Source: a bacterium (lineage in GTDB: Bacteria > Zhuqueibacterota > Zhuqueibacteria > Residuimicrobiales > Krinioviventaceae). From it: a DNA stretch of 64,000 bases. The notes beneath the pieces were generated by a model. The model was not told the origin of the DNA and did not search any database. It worked only from the letters and a program-made list of their open reading frames with translations. Of this stretch, positions 57,063 to 64,000 are shown piece by piece. Each line of letters starts with the position of its first letter. Position 1 is the stretch's first letter. The DNA lies in NCBI GenBank assembly GCA_963693055.1, contig OY843751.1, forward strand, positions 640,001 through 704,000. Reading direction: 5' to 3'. A program made the translations under genes and the position numbers.

Positions 57063-58469
57063 CTACCCTTTATTCAACGTATGCATCTTGGCATTCACGG
57101 ATTTTAGCCAGTCGTCCAGTTTTTTATAAAGTTCTTGCACTATTTCCGGCATTTGTTCGGACAGGTCGTGCTGCTCGCTGAGGTCATTTGACAGATCATA
57201 AAGCTCGGTTTTTACGGGATCGTAAAAACGGACGAGTTTGAATTGTCCATCACGCACTGCCGCGGAGGGCTGCTTGGCCTGGGGACTGTAATGGGGATAG
57301 TACCAGTATAATTCACGTTCCGCAAGTGGTTTTTTGCCAGTCAGCACGGATTTCAAACTTTTACCTTCAACACCTTGAGGCATGTGTGAGTTGTGAACAA
57401 TGTCAGCGATTGTGGGGAGAATGTCGTGGCTGATGACCGGGGTGTCACTTTTGCTGCCGGGTTGGGTTTTGCCCGGCCATTTAACGATCATGGGCACACG
57501 GATGCCACCCTCGTATAGAAATCCTTTTCCGGCGCGCAGGGGAGTGTTATTGGTGACCGTTGCCAGTCCGCCATTGTCGCTTACCAGAATAACCAGTGTG
57601 TTATTGTCAATCTCCTTTTCTTGCAGAAATGCCATCAATCGCCCCACATTGGTATCCACTTTTTCTACCATGGCAGCATAGACAGCGTTTTTCTGAGATT
57701 TATCGTGCTCCAGCTTTTTTTCATATTTTGCAATCAGCTCCTGCGGTGCCTGAAGCGGCGTATGCACGGCATAGTAGGGGAGATAGACGAAAAAGGGTTG
57801 CTCGCCGGATTCCCGCATTAAGTTGATGGCTTTGTCTGTTAAGCGGTCTGTAAGATACTCGCCCGACTTGCCGCCATGCAGTGTGGGGATGCCGGGGTTC
57901 CATTCTTTATCCGGATCGGTATAGGGCCAAAAATATCCCGGGGGACTGCCATGGTTATAGCCTGCAATGTTGACGTCGAATCCCTGTGCAGTGGGATAAT
58001 ATTTCTCCTCATCACCCACATGCCATTTACCGATGCTGGCACTGCGGTAACCGGCAGGTTTTAGCGCTTCGGCAATGGTGGTTTCTTCCAATCGGATGTG
58101 CATCCGATCGTCCGGCGGGATGATTCGTGAGTTCTCGGGGTGACGGTGTCTGCCAATGGCTGTAATATGTCCGGTAAACTGTAACTTTGCCGGACTCTTG
58201 CCTGTGAGCAGGGCCGCGCGAGTGGGTGAGCAAACCGGACAAGAAGCGTAGGCATTGGTAAAACGCATGCCCTGGCTTGCGAGACGGTCAACATTGGGTG
58301 TTTCGTAAAACGAACTGCCATAACAGCCCAGATCTGTCCATCCGAGATCGTCCACTACAATCAGCAGGATGTTGGGGTTCGTCTGCTTTTTTGTGCAGGC
58401 TGTCAATCCAACTGTGGATATTGCAGCGGTTCCTATTGTCAGAGATTTGAGAAATGTACGACGTTTCAT
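57063..58469 (-). CDS. Cys-type sulfatase (S1), Tat-exported lipoprotein
   Basis: MKRRTFLK..LTAC signal, PNILLIVVDDLG, CSPTRAALLTG, GKWHVG, SDNGG and YEGGIRVP. Confidence 0.93.
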   Translation of the reverse strand: MKRRTFLKSLTIGTAAISTVGLTACTKKQTNPNILLIVVDDLGWTDLGCYGSSFYETPNVDRLASQGMRFTNAYASCPVCSPTRAALLTGKSPAKLQFTGHITAIGRHRHPENSRIIPPDDRMHIRLEETTIAEALKPAGYRSASIGKWHVGDEEKYYPTAQGFDVNIAGYNHGSPPGYFWPYTDPDKEWNPGIPTLHGGKSGEYLTDRLTDKAINLMRESGEQPFFVYLPYYAVHTPLQAPQELIAKYEKKLEHDKSQKNAVYAAMVEKVDTNVGRLMAFLQEKEIDNNTLVILVSDNGGLATVTNNTPLRAGKGFLYEGGIRVPMIVKWPGKTQPGSKSDTPVISHDILPTIADIVHNSHMPQGVEGKSLKSVLTGKKPLAERELYWYYPHYSPQAKQPSAAVRDGQFKLVRFYDPVKTELYDLSNDLSEQHDLSEQMPEIVQELYKKLDDWLKSVNAKMHTLNKG

Positions 58470-58477
58470 GCAAGAAC

Positions 58478-59152
58478 TCAAAAATGAGCAGTGATCAGGT
58501 TTATTGAAAGCGTGTTATTGTTTAATTTAAAAAATGTTTGTTCATTATCAATCATGATTTTTGGAATGCCAAGGCATATTTTGTCTTTTTCAATGTTTAG
58601 CATACCCCATGTGTCATCATCATTTTCTACTTTTATCTTGTCCGATAGATTATAACCTATAATTGAACCGGCTGTTGTGGTTGCAAAAGTGAACATTATT
58701 TGAACAAGCGCTGCTATGCCAAAGACATTATTTTCATTATTGTGGAATAAAAGCGTACCCACTCCTAATCCTACGGTGCTTCCCAGAAATGTTGCTGTTA
58801 ATGAGCCGTTGTGTCCTTTTAGTTTGCTGATTAGATAAACGCCCAAGGTGCTACCTACTGTATAACCACCCAAATATGACCATAAAACAGTCTTGGTTTC
58901 TCCCTCTTTGGGATTAACAGCAAGACAAGTCGCATAACCCATACCTAGGCCTGCCATAGTACTGAATCTATATTGCCATGTAAAAAGGCTTGGTTCATTA
59001 TATTTGACTGAAATGAATTTTGCACTTTGTTCAAGCGTAGAGGCTGCTACATAAACGTTCTCCATAGATAACTCTGGATTCTTAAATTCCAACGATTGTC
59101 CAAATACTGCGATGCTTGTAAGTATTAATAAACTGATGATGCGGATTATCAT
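58478..59152 (-). CDS. Hypothetical membrane protein with Gly-rich TM helices
   Basis: Signal peptide and several GxxxG-rich hydrophobic segments. Confidence 0.65.
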   Translation of the reverse strand: MIIRIISLLILTSIAVFGQSLEFKNPELSMENVYVAASTLEQSAKFISVKYNEPSLFTWQYRFSTMAGLGMGYATCLAVNPKEGETKTVLWSYLGGYTVGSTLGVYLISKLKGHNGSLTATFLGSTVGLGVGTLLFHNNENNVFGIAALVQIMFTFATTTAGSIIGYNLSDKIKVENDDDTWGMLNIEKDKICLGIPKIMIDNEQTFFKLNNNTLSINLITAHF

Positions 59153-59164
59153 AACTTCTCCTTA

Positions 59165-60199
59165 TTAATATATATGATAACTGCAATTTAAAATAAACCT
59201 GTTTATGCCATGGTTTGTAAGCTTTGTAACTGTTTTTTGATCAAAATCCATTTTGAAAAACGCCCCTTCATCATTACCAACTGATCCCTGGTAATAAAAC
59301 GCGTTATCGTCTGTCATAAAAAGGGAAAGAGCATAGCGATATTCACCCCTGTCAACCGTGCTCACAAAAGTATCGTTTTGATATAAACTGAAATTTTTAT
59401 AATTGTCAGCATTTGTATAAATCGCATTATTGCTATTTTGATATAGCAACTGGCGATCAGCGTCCGAATTGTTATGATATGAATAGGTGTTGTCTGTCAG
59501 GTTATATGAGATATGGCCCCCATTTTGCAGTTTCAGGATCAGCGTATTGTCCAGGTAAAAAGGGGGCTGCCAGGAAGATATTTCGCTTTCCGCTGATATA
59601 GTGTTCCATGTATCGGTAGCAATGTCGTAAACTCCAAATTCATAAATATTATAATAAAATAAACGTGACTTTTCATTCAAGGCATAATAATAGAATAAAT
59701 GTGGTGATTCTCTTTCTATTTGTACATTTCCTTGTGTATCCAGGATAGTGAATAAGGTCTTGTTGTCTTTGTATTTTGATACAATGATTGTATTGTTGTC
59801 AAGCCAGTTGAGCGCAACAATGCTAGAGCTATCAGTAAAAATCTCTCGGGTACTTTTTCCACAATCGTCAGAGATTGATATGACAGGGTTATCGGTTTGT
59901 ACGTAACCAAACCATGGGTGTAACAATGCATTCTTTAAATAAGCGATTGTTTGTCCATTGGGACTTGCACAAATCATAGACCTGAAAACGTCATCATCAA
60001 ATAGCGGATTTGACTCACCATTATTGTAGAGATAAAGCTGTGTTGCAGAACCACCGTTTTCTGTTTCGTAAAGTATTGTGTAATAAATCGCAATGCCATC
60101 CAATTGGCTGGTATTGATCAAGTCAGGTGAGGTTGGGTTCTTTTCGCATGCTAAAAATAAAATGATTATGGATGGAAAAACAAATATTATTTTTTTCAT
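59165..60199 (-). CDS. Hypothetical lipoprotein, TolB-like beta-propeller
   Basis: LACEKNPTSP lipobox, SPNGQTIAY blade motif and GGGG RBS. Confidence 0.68.
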   Translation of the reverse strand: MKKIIFVFPSIIILFLACEKNPTSPDLINTSQLDGIAIYYTILYETENGGSATQLYLYNNGESNPLFDDDVFRSMICASPNGQTIAYLKNALLHPWFGYVQTDNPVISISDDCGKSTREIFTDSSSIVALNWLDNNTIIVSKYKDNKTLFTILDTQGNVQIERESPHLFYYYALNEKSRLFYYNIYEFGVYDIATDTWNTISAESEISSWQPPFYLDNTLILKLQNGGHISYNLTDNTYSYHNNSDADRQLLYQNSNNAIYTNADNYKNFSLYQNDTFVSTVDRGEYRYALSLFMTDDNAFYYQGSVGNDEGAFFKMDFDQKTVTKLTNHGINRFILNCSYHIY

Positions 60200-60290
60200 A
60201 ATACCCCCTTGAGCGTATTCGTGAGAGTTTCCGTTGTTATTATGAAGGATTTGTTATTATTCTACCCTGTATCCTGTAAAAGGTTCAGTT

Positions 60291-61118
60291 TTAATGTTCA
60301 ATCTTTTTGTTTAAAATAATCTCTGCAACTAGATTGGGGCGTGTTTGGGCTCGACTTGCAAGGGTGCGCAGATTATCATTTGCTGATGCTGTTATGCCGC
60401 CAGATTTTAACCGGTCAAGTCCGGTTTGCACATCAATTCCCGCTTCATTGCACACCTGGGCAACGGATTTTTGTCCCCAACCGGCGCCTTGACCGCTTGC
60501 ATTGGATTGCTGCTTTGCCTGGGTTGCTCTGTAAATATCGGCAGGAGAGATGTTGTTGTTTTGGGCGATGGTTTTGATCGTTTGTTCTGGAGAGAATTTC
60601 CAGTTGTGCCGCTGCATGCTCTGTTCAAAGCGTTCAATGTCCAGATTGATTTGTTTACAGAATTCCGTAACTGTCATCTCTTCGGCATGGGGAATGGGGG
60701 GCTGGTTTTCAGCTTCGTATGCCCAATAGTCTTTTATGTCTGTATTCCAACGGATAATTGTAGCAAAGGGTTGGATGTCGGCAACTGAAGCCCAGATAAT
60801 AAAAAGTGAAAAAACAAGAGCAAGCGCAAGCTCTAGTTTTAGGTTCATGGCTTTTTTAAATCTGCTGTAAATGTAGCCGGTAATGGCCCGCCAGTTGTAG
60901 TAAATATGAAATACAGCTATAATAAAAAAGATCAAAGATGAATTGATATGCAAAGCACCCCATGTTTCTTTATCGAGGCCCCAATATGTCCAGTTGGTCC
61001 AGTGTGCGATTTTACCTTGGGGAGTGAAATAGAGAACAATACCCGATATGAGGGAGATGATAAAACTGAATGTGTTTAACAGCGAAACAAAACCGCGGAA
61101 CCTGAAGTTCTTTTTCAT
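60291..61118 (-). CDS. DUF4405-type membrane protein (putative b-type cytochrome) with repeated helical soluble domains
   Basis: SGIVLY..P.G.IAHW..W..WGL.K..W..LH..HIYYNW and two C-terminal helical repeats. Confidence 0.72.
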   Translation of the reverse strand: MKKNFRFRGFVSLLNTFSFIISLISGIVLYFTPQGKIAHWTNWTYWGLDKETWGALHINSSLIFFIIAVFHIYYNWRAITGYIYSRFKKAMNLKLELALALVFSLFIIWASVADIQPFATIIRWNTDIKDYWAYEAENQPPIPHAEEMTVTEFCKQINLDIERFEQSMQRHNWKFSPEQTIKTIAQNNNISPADIYRATQAKQQSNASGQGAGWGQKSVAQVCNEAGIDVQTGLDRLKSGGITASANDNLRTLASRAQTRPNLVAEIILNKKIEH

Positions 61119-61170
61119 ATGTATTTCCTTAAAAAACTATTCAAATTTTAATTAATTTAAGAAATTTGGG

Positions 61171-61228
61171 AATAAGAACAAAATAGTATCTGTTGAATGG
61201 TTTAAATGAGACTAAAATGGTCCTATTT
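61171..61228 (+). promoter_or_regulatory. Candidate tandem Rrf2 operator sites
   Basis: Imperfect palindrome AAATGAGAC-N7-GTCCTATTT (61204-28) and related ATAAGAACAAAATAGT (12/16 identical to ATGAGACTAAAATGGT). Confidence 0.45.
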
Positions 61229-61237
61229 GAGAGAAAG

Positions 61238-61639
61238 ATGTTTAAACTAAGTAAAAAGACAGAATACGGCCTGCTGGCCCTACAGTATTTGGCTGATAGA
61301 CCCGAAAATGTAGCAACGGTAAGAGAGATTGCAGAATTTCACAATGTTTCTAAAACTTTGCTTGCAAAAGTACTGCAAATGCTTGCAAAGAAAAATATAG
61401 TCGAATCGGTTCAAGGTGCGCAAGGCGGTTATGTCATTGCTGATAATATAGATAATATTACCATAGCGCGAATCTTGGAGGCCATTGACGGTCCTATTCA
61501 CATAACGGACTGTTATGATAAAGAATCCGGTTGTGAGCGTACCAGCGATTGCACGTTAAAACATCGTTTTGTACCCATACAAAAAGGAATTATGCAGCAA
61601 TTGAGCAGTATGTCACTCGCGCAGTTTTTTAAGGAGTAA
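61238..61639 (+). CDS. Rrf2-family Fe-S cluster regulator of the suf operon
   Basis: [25 protein letters not shown] and three Cys in [14 protein letters not shown]. Confidence 0.9.
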   Translation: MFKLSKKTEYGLLALQYLADRPENVATVREIAEFHNVSKTLLAKVLQMLAKKNIVESVQGAQGGYVIADNIDNITIARILEAIDGPIHITDCYDKESGCERTSDCTLKHRFVPIQKGIMQQLSSMSLAQFFKE

Positions 61640-61641
61640 TT

Positions 61642-63090
61642 ATGGCAAGTGAAACAGATTTTTTGAATGAATTTGCAAACCGTGAGTATAAATACGGATT
61701 TGTTTCTGATATTGAGAGCGAGGCGGTCCCCAAGGGATTAAATGAAGATGTAATCCGTTTGATCTCGGCAAAAAAAGATGAACCCGAGTTTTTGCTTGAA
61801 TGGCGCTTGAAAGCGTTTCGTCATTGGCAAACCATGAAAGAACCGAGCTGGGCGAATGTAAAATATGATCCAATCGATTATCAGGATATTGTTTACTATT
61901 CTGCTCCCAAGAGTAAGGCAGATGGCCCCAAGAGCCTGGATGAAGTGGATCCTGCGATACTTGAAATGTATAACAAGCTTGGCATTCCCTTAGAGGAGCA
62001 GGAAGCTTTAGCGGGTGTGGCTGTTGATGCAGTTTTGGATAGTGTGTCTGTTGCAACCACGTTCAAAGATAAATTGTCCGAGTTGGGCATTATATTTTGT
62101 TCATTCTCAGAAGCGGTTAAGAATCATCCAGACCTGGTCAAGCAGTATCTGGGCAGCGTAGTGCCTTATGCAGACAACTTTTTCGCGGCCTTGAATTCCG
62201 CAGTGTTTAGTGATGGATCTTTTGTTTTTATTCCCAAAGGTGTCAGATGTCCTATGGAATTGTCTACCTATTTCCGAATCAATGCGGCAAATACCGGACA
62301 GTTCGAGAGAACACTGATCATTGCTGAGGATGACAGTTATGTCAGTTATCTGGAAGGCTGTACAGCCCCCATGCGGGATGAAAATCAACTTCACGCTGCG
62401 GTTGTAGAGTTGGTAGCGTTAGATAATGCACAGATCAAATACTCGACTGTTCAAAACTGGTATCCGGGTGACAAGGATGGCAAAGGCGGTATTTATAACT
62501 TTGTAACCAAACGCGGATTGGCTAAAGGTGTTAACTCTAAAATCTCTTGGACTCAGGTAGAAACCGGTTCTGCAATAACCTGGAAATACCCGGGCTGTGT
62601 GTTGCAGGGTGACGGATCGGTTGGCGAGTTTTATTCGGTAGCCTTGACTGCAAACAGGCAGCAGGCCGATACGGGTACCAAGATGGTGCACATTGGCAAG
62701 AATACCAAGAGTACTATTATTTCTAAAGGTATCTCTGCGGGATTTGGACAAAACAGTTACCGCGGGCAAGTCAAGGTGTTAAAGGGTGCTACCAATGCGC
62801 GTAATTTTTCACAATGTGATTCCATGCTTATTGGAGACAAATGCGGCGCGCATACGTTTCCGTACATTGAAGTGAAGAACAGCACCGCCCAGGTAGAGCA
62901 CGAGGCAACCACCTCGAAAATTGGTGAAGATCAGATTTTTTATTGCAATCAGCGTGGTATTAGTACAGAAGATGCTGTATCTATGATTGTAAATGGTTTT
63001 TGTAAAGAAGTATTGGCTGAATTGCCTATGGAGTTTGCGGTTGAAGCACAAAAGCTGCTGGGTGTAAGCCTTGAAGGCAGTGTAGGATAA
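61642..63090 (+). CDS. sufB: Fe-S cluster assembly protein SufB
   Basis: [42 protein letters not shown] and [20 protein letters not shown]. Confidence 0.97.
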   Translation: MASETDFLNEFANREYKYGFVSDIESEAVPKGLNEDVIRLISAKKDEPEFLLEWRLKAFRHWQTMKEPSWANVKYDPIDYQDIVYYSAPKSKADGPKSLDEVDPAILEMYNKLGIPLEEQEALAGVAVDAVLDSVSVATTFKDKLSELGIIFCSFSEAVKNHPDLVKQYLGSVVPYADNFFAALNSAVFSDGSFVFIPKGVRCPMELSTYFRINAANTGQFERTLIIAEDDSYVSYLEGCTAPMRDENQLHAAVVELVALDNAQIKYSTVQNWYPGDKDGKGGIYNFVTKRGLAKGVNSKISWTQVETGSAITWKYPGCVLQGDGSVGEFYSVALTANRQQADTGTKMVHIGKNTKSTIISKGISAGFGQNSYRGQVKVLKGATNARNFSQCDSMLIGDKCGAHTFPYIEVKNSTAQVEHEATTSKIGEDQIFYCNQRGISTEDAVSMIVNGFCKEVLAELPMEFAVEAQKLLGVSLEGSVG

Positions 63091-63115
63091 GGATAACGTT
63101 TTATTGGAGATAAAT

Positions 63116-63880
63116 ATGTTAACTATAAGAAATTTACATGCTTCCGTAGAAGGAAATGAGATTTTAAAAGGTATAGATTTAGAGGTCAAGGCGGGTGAGA
63201 TCCATGCAATTATGGGCCCCAATGGTTCAGGAAAGAGCACCCTGGCTTCTGTATTGGCAGGTCGTGAAGAATATGAGGTAACAGACGGATCTGTTGATTT
63301 TGATGGAAGTGATCTTTTAGATATGGATCCGGAAGACCGTGCCAGAGAAGGATTGTTTCTGGCTTTTCAGTACCCTGTTGAGATACCCGGTGTAAATACA
63401 TCCTATTTCTTGCGTACAGCTTTGAATGAAAAACTGGATTATCAGGGCAAGGATAAAATCAGTGCAGGTGCATTTTTAAAGCTGCTTCGAGAAAAGATGA
63501 AGCTCGTACAAATGGATGAAAAGTTTTTAAAACGTTCTGTAAATGAAGGTTTCTCTGGTGGTGAGAAAAAACGTAACGAGATTTTACAAATGGCAGTGCT
63601 TGAACCTAAACTTGCAGTGCTTGATGAAACTGATTCCGGTTTGGATATTGATGCACTCAAGATTGTTGCCAATGGTGTGAATACATTACGCAGTAAAGAT
63701 AATGCGGTTATAGTTGTAACTCACTATCAGCGTTTACTTGATTATATTGTACCGGATTATGTACATGTGTTGTACAAGGGCAAAATAGTTAAATCCGGTG
63801 ACAAAACACTGGCCCGTGAACTTGAAAGGCAGGGTTACGACTGGTTAAAAGAGCAGGAACCTGCTGCGGCTAATGTTTAG
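63116..63880 (+). CDS. sufC: Fe-S cluster assembly ATPase SufC
   Basis: GPNGSGKST, FQYPVEIPGV, NEGFSGGEKKRNE, LDETDSGLDID and THYQRLL. Confidence 0.97.
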   Translation: MLTIRNLHASVEGNEILKGIDLEVKAGEIHAIMGPNGSGKSTLASVLAGREEYEVTDGSVDFDGSDLLDMDPEDRAREGLFLAFQYPVEIPGVNTSYFLRTALNEKLDYQGKDKISAGAFLKLLREKMKLVQMDEKFLKRSVNEGFSGGEKKRNEILQMAVLEPKLAVLDETDSGLDIDALKIVANGVNTLRSKDNAVIVVTHYQRLLDYIVPDYVHVLYKGKIVKSGDKTLARELERQGYDWLKEQEPAAANV

Positions 63881-63892
63881 GAGTGTGAAACT

Positions 63893-64000
63893 ATGAGTAC
63901 AGTTAATGATAATAAAATTTGGCCCTTGCTGAACTTTGACACGTTTGAAAAACAATTAAATGGCCAGGCGGAATCTCCTTTGCACGATTTGCGTAAAAAA
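63893..64000 (+). CDS. sufD: 5' end of probable SufD (runs off the window)
   Basis: GGAG RBS after sufC; open frame MSTVNDNKIWPLLNFDTFEKQLNGQAESPLHDLRKK; assigned by position in the suf operon. Confidence 0.65.
   Translation, partial: MSTVNDNKIWPLLNFDTFEKQLNGQAESPLHDLRKK

Noticed and set aside
1-64000. tRNA, rRNA, transposase, integrase or prophage genes
   Set aside because: No such motifs were seen; nearly all sequence is explained by the listed CDSs and short spacers

Overview
AT-rich chromosomal window from a diderm bacterium, most likely of the FCB superphylum (KSB1/Calditrichota-like, inferred from YPNPFN C-terminal sorting domains, Tat-exported Cys-type sulfatases and FadL/PorV-like barrels). 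It opens with ychF leading a tightly coupled operon for an acylated carotenoid glycoside (TPR protein, crtY-cd, crtD, crtI, crtB, acyltransferase, GT2, cruF) and ends in an Rrf2-sufBC(D) operon. Between them lies a mosaic accessory region: three CckA-like hybrid kinases, two lacking the phospho-acceptor His; three sulfatases and several CAZymes (GH137-like, GHL10-like, alginate-lyase family); four tandem FadL/PorV-like barrels with a near-identical 5' block and variable cores, interleaved with decamer inverted-repeat elements; three proteins with C-terminal sorting domains; and a TonB-dependent receptor-YfiR-HAMP/PAS/HisKA_2 kinase operon that looks like a YfiBNR-derived trans-envelope signalling system. 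No rRNA, tRNA, CRISPR array or transposase was seen. All family assignments come from recognising motifs by eye, not from database searches.
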